A stretch of 64,000 nucleotides of DNA from Nageia nagi (lineage: Eukaryota; Plantae; Pinophyta), in assembly GCA_050084985.1 (NCBI GenBank), contig JBITNC010000001.1:111910001-111974000 (forward strand), in the 5' to 3' direction. The notes under the pieces were generated by a model. It searched no databases. It was not told the DNA's origin and worked only from the letters and a program-made list of their open reading frames with translations. Shown here piece by piece: positions 28,161 to 40,327 of this stretch; position 1 is the stretch's first letter; each line of letters opens with the position of its first letter. The position numbers and the translations under genes were made by a program.

Positions 28161-29164
28161 TGCATGTTATTGATAGCATGATATTCACCTCATCTAAGGT
28201 ACCTATTTTCACCATAGTCAAAATAAACTTTTGAGAATCATTCATGAGATGTTTTACATGAATGGTAGTGACTAAAGGTAGTTTGCACTAGTTAGAAACA
28301 CCTTTCCATCCTTCACCAATTACATTTTGTTCAATATTTTGTAATAGATAGCATCTCTATCCCACATAAAAGAGTTACCAAGAATAACACCACAAACCTC
28401 TAAAGGAACAACATCAGCCACAACTTCATCAATGTACTTTGTACAAATAGTAAATTTCAACTTACATTATTGAGGGACTTGCAAACTAGCACTATGATGC
28501 ACCCAACCTAAAGGATATGAATTCTATTGGTTGAAGGTTTTCAATCCTAAATTACTTACCATAGTCTTTAAAATCAAATTTTCTATATAATTTGAATCAA
28601 TAATGCAATCTACTTTGATTTTATTAATTCAGATTTTGAGGTGGAATAATTGAATACTTTGTTCTTCAATGTCTTAAGGTTCTTCAACCTTTTGAATGGT
28701 TGAGCAATTTATTCTTTCATCAACATATGATCTTCCCTCAATATCTTCACATATAATAACTATATAATTAGTTTTCTCCTTATTCTTATGCATATATGGA
28801 TGTAATTTTAGATGTAATTTTCAACATTTATGTTCAACATGAACATATTTACCATAATGATTACAATGCCTACTATCACCTTCTTTCTTTTTCAAAGGAT
28901 TATTTTTCTTAGTTTCTTTCTTATCTTTTCCTTTATCTTAAGATTTACCTTTCTATTCTCCTCTTCTTGAATTAGAAGCCTTCTTTGATTCATCATATTA
29001 TCTCCTTACTTTACCATCCATCTCTAAGTATTACACTTGTACACACACTTGATCAAGATTAGTAGGATTAAATAACATGATAGTGTTTTGCAAATGATCA
29101 TGTGAACATCCAATGTACTTCATTAAAGTTTGAGGATCTTTTACTCAAACCCGAAGCAAAGTAG

Positions 29165-29713
29165 CCAATATAGGCTATTCTAGCATGGAATTCAAACCTT
29201 CTCTTTTCATTATCTATGGAAATTACAATATCACATGCATAGAAAAGTACCATCAAAATAATGATAATACAATCTCCTACAATTACTACAATCACCTACA
29301 CCTAGAAGAACAACTTCATAACTACACAAAATTTGGAATGACTCTTTGACTTCCTTTAAATTCTTGCAACTCCAAAATCTTAAAACTCTCTAAAATTTCC
29401 CTTTTCCATTCCCTTATATGGAATCAAATAGTAGCTTGCTATTAAATAAACTTGAAATTATCTCTAAGATGCTGGTTGAAGATACTGAACTACTCAATTG
29501 TCCAAAATGTTGATGTCCCTTTAATTTCCCCTATTAAATCATTAAAATGCATGCCATTATCAGCTTGAATATAGTGTAGTATGTCACTAGTGACATGGTT
29601 CTGTACATCAATGAACGCCATATTTTAGTCTTTGATCTATCTCCAAGCATAGATACCTCTATAATGAGTAATGTTCCAATAGAGAATAATCTAATAGGAT
29701 CTAATTTGGATTA
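29165..29713 (-). repeat. 5' LTR of minus-strand gypsy (3' part and PBS deleted)
   Basis: Collinear with 23875-24426; abuts gag sequence at ~29100 with no PBS. Confidence 0.75.
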
Positions 29714-30098
29714 CTTTCCATTTACATAGATTGTTGATCTTGCATGATCAAAGAAGTTTATAGAAGTCCTAAAGGGAACAAATAATTGAACAAATCATTT
29801 TAAAAATAACATTTTCTTTTTACACTCGCACACATGGTAGAAGCTATTTGGATTCCAATACCAAGAGTTTATCCTCAAAAATAGAGCCACACATAGGCCT
29901 TTTAGATTTTATCACTAAGAACGTAGAATATACTCTAATTTCATCATTGAGATAGTCTTTCCTTAGGTCATCATTTTAGATATTTTTAAATAATGAAAGA
30001 TGATGATTTTAATTACAAACTATTGAATCACTATAATTCCAAGTGATGATATAAAGATCTAAAACTATTTAGGTGTATTAAAAATTAATTTAATTTCT

Positions 30099-30912
30099 AT
30101 AAAAATTACCAAAATACCCCCATAATTTACTACAATTATGAAAATACATTGTTTTCAATAATTATAAGAATGACCTTTTCACATTTTTAAAGATATTAAA
30201 TAGGACTTCCATGTCTTAACTCATCTTTGGAAAAGGTTAATGACATTGTATCGCTCACGTCAATCAATGATGACATAAAATCTATAATTCTTTCCTCTGA
30301 TGGTATCTCTTCTAAACCTAATATCATGATCTGCAAAGATCTTTATGTTATTTTCCTAGCTGGGATAGTACCATAAATAATCATCAATATTATTTCCCAT
30401 CTTGCATGATAAGTAATCCAACTCTTGCCTTGTGTTGTTCACCCAAATATCACCTCATGCTGAAAATTGATCATGTATACTTATGTCTGAAACATTTAAT
30501 ATTTTATAGAATATGTCAAGATTCCAATTAGATATCTCTACAACTAGTCATTCTCAAATAAATATAGAGCATTACTTACTCGTCTCAATACAAACATAGC
30601 CAACTTGTCAAATAGATCCAACCATTCTATAGCCTTAACAACATAGTGGACACATAACACCCACACGAAAAGAACCAAACCCTAAATATAACATTAAGTT
30701 TAGAAGACATGCCACTAAAGGAAAGAATGGTTGACTTTATGTTGTTACTAATTTACCCAAGTGATAAGATGTCGTGAACCTCTACTAGAGACGAGTTACA
30801 AATTACAATTTAACATTTTTCAAAATGTTATAGGATTTTTTTTTAATTAGTAAAACAATAGTAGTATTTTCATAATTATGATAAATTATAGGGGTATTTT
30901 GATAATTTTTTC
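30099..30912. mobile_element. Mutator-like non-autonomous element (long TIRs)
   Basis: ~100-bp imperfect inverted repeats: 'aaaattaccaaaatacccccataatttactacaattatgaaaatac' (30102-) vs the reverse complement of 'gtattttcataattatgataaattataggggtattttgataatttt' (-30909). TSD not verifiable. Confidence 0.65.
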
Positions 30913-30949
30913 ATATTTTTTTTGGTAAAATGGTAAGTTTTTTAAAGTT

Positions 30950-31600
30950 TTATTATTTATTATATAAAGATTTACCATGAAGGGTTAAATAAATTAAAAG
31001 AGAAGGTATTATATTAAAAAGAAAAAGAAAAATTCTATAAAAGTCTATGATAAGGATTTCTCTAAAGCGACCCCCTTCTAGGTAATAAGAGACATTCAAA
31101 TGCAATAGGTATAGTGAATAATGATACATTCCTTGATATATTTTCCATCCTATTCCAAGGTGGGAGTTGATGGAATCCTTCCAAATAAGGAGGAATTTTG
31201 TTAATCTAAATTTGAAGGTTGGCCAAAAGTATGGATACCTCAGAATACCAATCCCTCTTCTCCCTCTAAGGCTCAATGAAAGGGCCCTCGATGATCATAT
31301 AACTTCCAAAAGTGGTATCTCACATAGTGTGAAGCCTACAAATATAGGTAATGATAAAAAAATAATCTCCATTCGAATAAGTGAAGCTTCGAGCTCTCAA
31401 AGGATATTAGAGTCAGGCATCATGTGCTAACATTGTATAAATATCTGAGGAAAAGGTTTGTGTACTTATTAAACATGAGACCATTCAATCGAACCAAGAA
31501 TGTTATCCCATGTCTTTGATCCATAGGTTGTAGTCGATTTTCCTAAGGTATGAAATATCTCCATCTACATAGGGATATCTATGATGTAAGCTCTAAAGAA
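30950..31600 (-). mobile_element. Possible L1 ORF1 remnant
   Basis: ORF 30953-31276 'DSINSHLGIGWKIYQGMYHYSLY' loosely resembles the region after DUF4283 in plant L1 ORF1; decayed. Confidence 0.3.
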
Positions 31601-32725
31601 ACTCCTTTTAAGTAAAGCAAGTGATGTATTTCCCTTACAATTAGATGTACATAGTAATAAAAATTATAATTGTATGATATATTTAAATGTATATACCATA
31701 TATTTAAAAATAATTTTATAAGTAATTTAAGTTTTTTTTATTATTTTTTGTAAGTAATTAAAAACATATTATTAAAATTATTTTTTATCATAATAATATT
31801 TTTATGTAGATACAATTTATTATATCTACAAGTATTATATGTTAGTTTATTTATTAAGTAAAACAATTAAATTACAAATAGGTTTTCTATATATTTATTT
31901 GTTATACTTAATATTTGTATAAATTAGCTTAGATATCTTTAAAAAGATAGGCACCTCTCTCTACATTGTAGATACATATGTTTAAGATATGTAAACTAGT
32001 TATGATATCTATCAAGATATATTAAGCTATATTTAAACAATCTTAACACTTTTAAACATTGGACATATGAAATCTATGATTTGATTTAAGAATTATATAT
32101 TCATACAATTCAATATGAAAAAAAAGTTGTAATTTTTTTCTTGCAATTTAATAATTTATGTCAACCTGCATGCCTACTGCATATTTGATATTTATTTGTA
32201 AGTTGATAATCTTTATTTGATATCTCTGATTCTGAGCCTTACAAAATCCTTACGACGGATACAAAAAAAAATTATAACTTTGTTCGATATGAAATAGATT
32301 TCATTAATCTCCTTAACCAAAAAATAACATAAATTTTTTAATAACCATCTTTCAAATCATATACAATTTAAGACATATAAAATCTCAAAGAGCGCATAAT
32401 GGTAAAACAATAACACCAATAAAATTATAAGAATAATCCTCAATATTTACAAATATTCTTAAAAAAGTTGTTCTCGAAATTCCAAATCAATACAACCATA
32501 TTTGAAAACTATGTACCATATTCAAATACATAAACTATAGATGAATGATTAAAGATCTCATCTTTTTATTTTATTAACATATTATTAGTTTTCTATGAAA
32601 TGAAATTCCTAAATAAAACGGTATTTACACACTTCTCAATTGATACAACACTTGGACATGAAAATCGAGCTATAGGAAATATGTGCATAATTTATACTAT
32701 TAAGAAAATGCTAACGTAACTGTAT

Positions 32726-33819
32726 TCATAGGCCAGCAAATCGGTCAATAAACGCAGGTAAATTTTCGTTCTCGTCTTCAAATTTTTTAAGGTATTCTCT
32801 CTTGAATTCGGAGAACACAAAAGGCTTGTAACGTCTAGGATTATCCCCATCAACCAGCTCAGAAGGAGCCCATATTTTCATCTCTTCTGTAAAACTCACA
32901 AAAAACCCGATCGAAATGCGATCTGTCCATCCCTTGCGTACAACACGATGCTCTGCGCTGCAGTACCTACCGTTACTCCATGCCTGCAATTATAAACTCC
33001 AAATTCAGCAAAATATTAAAAAATGTTGCCCATAACGTTCAGACAAGAGAGAATCATTACCTTGAGAGAATCTCCAATGTTTATGATAAAGGAATGAGAG
33101 AGAGGCTTGACGCTTATCCAGTTCCCCTGTTTCGATCGAATCTCAAGGCCTCCCGCTTCATCTTGGTATAGAATGGTGAAGGTATTGGTATCTGTATGAC
33201 AACGCAATGCCTCCCCTCCTATAGCTTTTCCAAGAGATGCGTAGTGGTTTAGTCGCAAGGTTGTATTGCAATGGAGAAAAACAGACTCGTAAAACTTGAT
33301 CGCATCTAAGCCGAGGCTCACCAGAATAATTTTGGCAATTTTTTCAGCCAGATCAGACAGACATGAGGTGAATGTTCGAATCGTTTCACTGTAAAACAAC
33401 AAAGAGGCCAAAATTGTTAGCCACATTTTGAACTTTGGCCCAAATTAACAAACGAAATTAAAGGACATATTAAAAGTGAAATCATACCAGGCGTTTGAGT
33501 TTCTTCCCGGCCTTAATTTTTCAGAGATTTCTTGGACGGAATCGGAACATGAAAACGTAATATAGGAATGACCATTATCTCTTACCACGTCGGGGGTGGA
33601 CAATAATTGGCGGCTAATGGACTCAAACGTTTGGAGAAGATCTACAGAAATCCCATGGTTGATAATGCAAAAAAAACCCCATTCTTTGCATGCTTCTGAT
33701 ACTCTGCCTACTAGAGGATGATTTTGAACAGTGTTTAGTTCTATCCCCTCCAATTCTTGCAGCAATTGTGAAATGTCAATCACAGGCAGATCAATGCAGG
33801 ATTCCTCAGAGGACGGCAT
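32726..33819 (-). CDS. 2-oxoglutarate/Fe(II)-dependent dioxygenase (DOXC class; GA20ox-like/AOP-like annotation group), 305 aa, 3 exons
   Basis: Exons 33819-33488 (332 nt), 33388-33061 (328 nt) and 32983-32726 (258 nt), total 918 nt in frame; GT-AG introns of 99 and 77 nt; DIOX_N 'LPVIDIS..ACKEWGFFCIINHGI'; Fe ligands H-T-D and H ('SAEHRVV'); 2OG-binding R-x-S ('DRISIGFF'); CpGs retained. Confidence 0.95.
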
Positions 33820-33865
33820 CCTGAAGGTTTTTGGGTATCAAAAATATATGAAACGAATGAAGTGA

Positions 33866-33873
33866 TTAAATAG
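33866..33873 (-). promoter_or_regulatory. Putative TATA box (CTATTTAA) of the 2OGD gene
   Basis: About 50 bp upstream of the ATG; position plausible, untested. Confidence 0.4.
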
Positions 33874-34111
33874 GTGCTTTGCACACTAAAATGTAGTTCT
33901 AATTAGTCGCCACATGTTAGAAATGAATGAGTAATTAGACCAAGCGGAATCTGACGGCCGGCCGAATGAAGAGACAAACAATAATGCCCACTTTGGCGTT
34001 ACTTGAATGTTGTTTTCCAAAAGACTAGGTCTCTTTAAAGAGTCGTATCATTTATAAAAACCTATTATTCATTAATATATAAGTGTATTAATTAAGTTCT
34101 CCTACATATAT

Positions 34112-34270
34112 AATTTTAAAATGATATAGTGCTTGATGAAGAGTGATTTAATAGTTTGATAATTAAATGCTTGAAATGTATTAATTATGTTTTGTTACTT
34201 GTATACTTTTAAAAATGATATACAAGCTTGATTGAGAGCTATTTAATATTTTGATAGCTAAATGATTGAC
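34112..34270. repeat. Two-copy degenerate direct repeat (~92-bp period) in the 2OGD upstream region
   Basis: 'ttttaaaatgatatagtgcttgatgaagagtgatttaatagtttgataattaaatgcttga' vs 'ttttaaaaatgatatacaagcttgattgagagctatttaatattttgatagctaaatgattga'. Confidence 0.7.
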
Positions 34271-34379
34271 ACTAAAGTTAGTTTTTTGTTTAAAATAAAA
34301 TGCCTCACAAATCACTAATTGAAGAGACTAGCACATTGTATTTCGTATACCACTTCCATGCTGACAATGGCATAGACAG

Positions 34380-34625
34380 AAATACTGTTATATTACGCGT
34401 ATGGTCCATGACCTTAGCTGTTTCATTACTCTGTTCAACATTTTTCAAAACATCATTTAGAAGATGGACGTGCCCAAAAGGCTTGTAACGACTCGGATTT
34501 TCCCCATCAGCTAGGTCTAGATAAAAGATCGACTAGATAAGGTAGAATCTACCGGCCGAATGAATAGAGTGAGGACAAATCGAACAATCGCCACATTTCC
34601 ATTACATGATTCTTGTTTTGCAAAA
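34380..34625 (-). pseudogene. Collapsed remnant of a tandem 2OGD paralog (promoter fused to exon-3 tail)
   Basis: 34475-34509 matches exon 3 (32818-32852) at 32/35 nt (DGENPSRYKPF vs DGDNPRRYKPF); 34533-34625 matches promoter 33936-34023, including an exact CCGGCCGAATGAA. Confidence 0.8.
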
Positions 34626-35849
34626 TGATTTGAGTGTATTATTACGGTATGAAATGAAACGAGATAGGGGATAGGATATTGACATCCCCATAAATTTTTT
34701 AATTTTATTTTAGATGTAGAGGAATCCGTTACATCTCTTATATTTTTTTATTATAGTAAATTCGAACCATAGATTCGAACCTCTGACCTTTAATGGTAAA
34801 CACTAGACCTCTACGGTTTTCCAAATTTTTTTTTATTATTAACATGTTTGGTAAGTCTTTTTATTTGATAAAATGGATAAATAAATAATGATAAAGATGA
34901 AAAATCATGGTGTATAATGTACAAAATATAATAAATGTTGAATACATGTTGTTGGTAGGGGCTTGTGGTTAGATGATAATTTATAAATAAATAATCATGA
35001 AAATATGGGATTTAATATGTAGACAGTAGAATGGTATATTATTATGTGCATAAGCTTTTGTATAGAGTTTTTGTATAAAAATTATAATATTAAATATTCT
35101 AAATGATGTTTATATTTTCCATCTTTCTCATAGGATACATATGAAGCTGAACAATTATATATATAATTTAGATAAATGGAATGTAATTACGTAATGCATC
35201 AGATTTTGATATTAAATTATGTTCCATAACAAGATGATCAAGTTTCCTTTAGTGATAATGTAGAGGATCAAAATAATGTCACGTATTTCTTAAAATACTA
35301 TGATATTTTATGATTGTTTTCATCAACTCACAAAACATTTCATGAAAGATATGTATTCTTTTGATATTCTTATAAAATGCAATGTTTTACTTTATATAGA
35401 TGTTTTTCAACCATAAAAACTTATGAATGTATAATATTTAAATAAAAATATGTAATTAATTATATAAGACAAGTGCCTAAGTGAAAGACTTGTTATGTTC
35501 ATTAAGAGGATGTTTATGAGGTTTGCATACCATGATATGCAATGGATCTTGTACTAAACATGATGGGCAGTATATTATAGTATTATTATTCAATGAGGAT
35601 CATGTGGGATGAAAAGCCATTTCAATACTAATAATAATAGCATGCACATTTATTTATAATAACAAAATTATAAAATATGAAAGAGAAACTACAATAATAT
35701 GGTACATACATAATGCATATCACTTTGGTAATATGGGAAAAGGTGGAAGAGATAAGATGTGATACATTCTGCAATTAGATGGACAATAGAATAATATAGA
35801 TAAGGAGTAGGGTTTCTTAAAGGAGATACATGAAATGATAGATTTTATT

Positions 35850-38800
35850 GATGATAAGATATGGGACCAATATCTCATTGATTAAGTGCTAGATCAAACA
35901 AAAGTAACTAAGATTGATAGTAAAATTAACTAGGTATTCCTGAGTTTATATAAAACATCTAATTGAATATATAAAATATAGTAAATCAATACCAAAAAGA
36001 TCTTCTCATAACACTATGATAATTATAGAGTAAATACACCTATCAATAATAATGATGAAAACTAACAAACTTATGTAAGAACTTTGGATGAAGGATGATA
36101 CACCAAAATAGATCATGCAAGTTGATAGATAAATCACAAAATTACTTCCACATAGTAATGAGATGGAGATGAGTGATTTCATTATAGGATAACTAAATGC
36201 TATTGCAACCAATTAATCTAGTGATATTACCACGTAATCAAACAATCAAATTTTACTAGGTAACTAATCAATGAATCCTATGATGTTAGATATATTATTG
36301 ATAGTAATAGAGGTAGCTAGATCAAATCCCAATCTTAGTAGGCAATGATAAGAAATCCCTGGGTATAGGATTATGATATAAAGATAGAAATGTAATATAT
36401 ATCCATCATCTCTCTTGCTTGGATTTTTATAGGAAGGGATAACATGTTTGGTGACATCATCCTTCCATCGGTATCCTTAGCTTACTTCCATAACAAAAAG
36501 TGCATGGAGTAGGATTATGTTGGCCAAAGATGATGATAGCAATTAATTATGATATTAATTAAATAAGATAATTAAGAATAAAAAAGTAATTTATTTTTAA
36601 GTATTTATAATTGTACCTTTGCAATTAAAATGAAATAAATTAAAATTTTCTTATAATGCAAGATATGGAAATTTTGAGATAAAAAGAAAAAATGAAATAT
36701 TACTTTCCTAACTATGGTGTTAGTTTTATGTGTCTATTTTTCAATAGGTATCCTATCTCTCCTTGATTTGGTTTTTGCAATGATCAACTTAATAAAGATG
36801 GGAGAAAGTAAGATTAAGCACCTATATAAAAAGACAAAGGATAACATATTATAACTAACAACATATAGATATTGGAGAGTACATAAGATCATAAGTTATT
36901 TTTAAAATCCCAAATAATTAAGGGGTGATCATAAGAGTTATCAAAATGACTTAATCATAAAAGTTATGATGCTATAAAAAGAGATAATGATAATCAACTA
37001 ATTTTAATAGTAATATACAAGCAATTATAGTGTGATCATACATATAGAAATTTTGATCATAATAATTTGTAATGAAATAAAATTAGCATAAGAACTATTA
37101 ATCATAGTGCATGCATGAAGAAGATTTAAGAGTAAGATACTCGAACCTTTTATTTTATAAGGATATATCCTTGAGAAAAAGTAAAACTAATTTTATGCTA
37201 ATAACAATATCATTAGATTATTTTTTCACTATTCCATATAAAAATATTGATCTAAAATATCAATGCTAGAGTTAATCTCTTTTTTTAAAATATATTAATC
37301 TTTTCTCCAATCATTAACTACATAGAAATAACTTTTTAGATCTTAATTTTTTTGATATTTTTTAAATCAAAGATCATTTGGATATCCTTATGAAATAATC
37401 TATTAATAACTATTTTCTAATTTATGGTTCCTATTACGAGATATTGATAAGATGATAAAGAATTAAAGACTTGAAATTAGTTATATAAACGTATAGACTT
37501 ATAAAAACTCATACAAATTGATAAATCAATAATAAGATTGACATGGCCTTCATAAGTTACCATAAAATATATAAAATATGATTAAATAAAAATAGAACAT
37601 TAATAGTATGTTATAAAATCAAAACACTATAAGGATTGTTTTAATAATCTCACGACTTGGTAGACTACATGTTTAATCACTAATAAATATCTTTCCTTAT
37701 TTTTCCATTTGGATTACTATTGATATTTGATCCATATCTATCATACTTGAAATAAAATATTAAATTATATAAAATTCTAAAGATTTTCAATCAATAAAAT
37801 ACCCTAAAATATGATCTTTAGAAACCATAAACATATCCTAATAATAAATATATATAAGTGATATAAGAATTTATAATGTAAAAAATAACCAAAAATTAGT
37901 TAAAATAACCTTCAAAATATGGGATTTTCTATAAAAAAAATTATTAGTGATTTAAAAACCTCAAAAAATTAAAAGTAATAAACCTAATTTATCTCTTAAA
38001 TATTTATCTATCATTAATATCTACGACTTATGTAAGGTATTTAATTAAAATTATCTACAATATGTTTAAAAATAAGGTTTAACATCTAGGGTTTTCTTCA
38101 AAAATATATTTTTAGAAAATAAAAGCCTTAATGTTTTTATTGAACACAAGTAATAAAATTTAATAATTTTATAGAAAATTAATAAATTCAAAGATAAATC
38201 AATCTCTAGTTTTTTGTATTGAAAATGTGATATCCTAAAATGAAAATTCTATGGTTTGTAAGATATATTGAGTTCAACAAATCTTGATTTTGAGAATAAT
38301 TGGGTTTACCTTAATTAATATAAGATAAAATTAATTAAATAGATCAAATACTATGAATGAATACTAAAATGATTTGGTAGTAATAATATGAGGATTACAG
38401 ATTGAACCTACTTATCAAAATGCAAATCAAAACTAACAAACCTATGTACTTACCTATAATGAAGAATTACACAGTAGAATAGATCATAAAGGATGAGGGA
38501 AAACTTAATATAAGATCTAATAATATCAAAGAGAAAAAAATTAGTAACTTCACCATAAGATACCCTAATGATATTACAACTAGTATGTCTAGTGATGCTT
38601 CTAGGTACTTAAAATATCAGATATGGTAGATCATAAATAAATGAATCTTAGGATGTTTGATATATTTTAAATTGTAACCTAAAAAGAAATTCAATGACAT
38701 AATAAAACACAATAGATCAAATCCTAATATTGATAGGTAGAGTTTAGAAATACCTATATACATGAAAAAACATATCAATAAAGTTATGTAGTCATTATTT

Positions 38801-39010
38801 ATGATTTATCTAATGCAAGAGTATTCATTAGTAGAGATAGCCAATTTTATGATGTTAGCCTTCCAGCAACATTGCTAGCTTATTTGCATAGTAAATAACA
38901 CATAGTTTAGCATTATGTTAACCAAATAAGATGATATATAGTAGTTATGATATTAATTAAATAAAAAAGAATTAAAAAAATAAAATTATTCGTTTTATTG
39001 TATTTACAAT
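35850..39010. repeat. Old direct repeat pair (~35850-36620 and ~38280-39010), possibly LTR relics
   Basis: Shared blocks 'aaaactaacaaac.tatgta', 'tagatcaaatcc.aat.tt', 'attatgtt..ccaaa', 'ttatgatattaattaaataa'; no coding domains seen between the copies. Confidence 0.6.
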
Positions 39011-40327
39011 TAACTATTTATGCAAGTATATTTAATATGTTTATTAGTTTATTTTAATATACATTTTTAATAATATGTTGAATACCTTGTATGTGAATGG
39101 TTGGTAATAATGTGATAATTTATGGTATATCAAATATCTATTATATAAATGGATATCATGTACCAAATGTAATGGTTCATTATAATATTTATATATCATA
39201 AGAATCCTATTATCAAGTTGATCACAATAATTCATTGTAAGTATGACTATAGGGTAAATGAGCTTTGATTTCATATACCACCTTTTGATCCTTTTTCTTT
39301 GATATAATTTAAGTATAATTTTGTAAGATTAAAGGGTTAAAATTGTACTCTCTAAATTAAGTTTAAGACCTAATCCTAGACTCTCTAAATTAATATTAAC
39401 AAATAACATATAGAAAGTTGTAAACCTAAGTCTATCCTAGTTTTAATTTCATTATATGGCTACATGGACTAGGGCAAAGCTTGACCAAGTCTATTCAAAA
39501 GGTGGAATTAAGGGTGTGATCAATCTATTGAGGATAGAGGGTGTGGATGGTACCACATGTCATTAGATCTTTTGTTCACAAAGGAGTTGGGGATACATCC
39601 TAAAATCATTGTTCTCCATCTCCTTGTCACTATGTTGTTGAGGGTTTTTCATCATGGCAAAGGACTCACTGGAGCCATATCGTTCCATCATTAATTGGTA
39701 ATATGAGAGGTATATTCCCTATTTCAATGTTTTCTCCCTATTGAGATCAAATGTTGGTAAAATTCCTATAGTCATGGGATTTCCTCAGTTGGAGACATAT
39801 TTTTTGCTAAGATGGATGGTGTGTTGTTGATACAATACATTTGGAATATAGATAAAGTTTTGAATATCATGCAATTTTTATTCACTACAAATGAGTAATA
39901 CCATTTAAGTACTTATATTGTTTGATAATAAATTTTAACAAAAAACCTAAAAACCTATTTAGCTTATACCCAAGATTAGATGACGAATAGAGAATTTCTT
40001 ATGCAATGAACTTATGGTTTAACTCCTCGAGTACAAATCAAATAAGCTTAGTAAAAACCTAAAACATAAGATTTTAAAACCATAAAAGAAATTATAAAAA
40101 AATATATTATAATTGTATTTTGCATTCTAGCCATGTGTTATGAGTAATATTTGTTGTGTTTCCATTTCATATTTTATCATGTTATGGGTAATGTTTACTA
40201 TTTTTACATTTTGCATATCAACATATTGTGATTATAGTTTATCCTTAAAATTAATGAAGTATAAGAATTTCTTTACTGAGATCTAATATTCTCACATACT
40301 TAAAAAATATTTTAGGAACTAATGTAG

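Larger units (their letters stand above)
23652..29713 (-). mobile_element. Ty3/gypsy LTR retrotransposon, degenerate, with PBS and 5' gag deleted
   Basis: LTR pair ~23875-24426 vs ~29165-29713; PPT 'GAGGGAGG' (plus 24429-24436); minus-strand gag Zn knuckle (~28870-28810), RT (~27800-27000), RNaseH 'FEVETDVSDYAMG' (~26855-26817), integrase 'LYKPLLVPSCPWKCI*MDVLGGF' (~25520-25450) and 'WDKHLEYIQHSYNR' (24982-25239). The left end at TG 23652 is tentative. Confidence 0.85.

Noticed and set aside
23647-29718. TSD for the minus-strand gypsy (TTTTT vs CTTTC)
   Set aside because: Compatible with C>T decay, but 2/5 mismatches in low-complexity sequence is not evidence.
32980-33171. Plus-strand 63-aa ORF overlapping the 2OGD
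   Set aside because: Antisense shadow of exon 2/intron 2 with no independent support.
32726-33819. Assigning a gene symbol such as GA20ox or AOP
   Set aside because: Diagnostic GA20ox motifs (LPWKET, NYYPPC) are absent; only family-level assignment is supported.
34755-34812. tRNA gene or SINE (two GGTTCGAAT B-box-like motifs on the minus strand)
   Set aside because: No cloverleaf, convincing A-box, tail or TSD; at most a small fragment.
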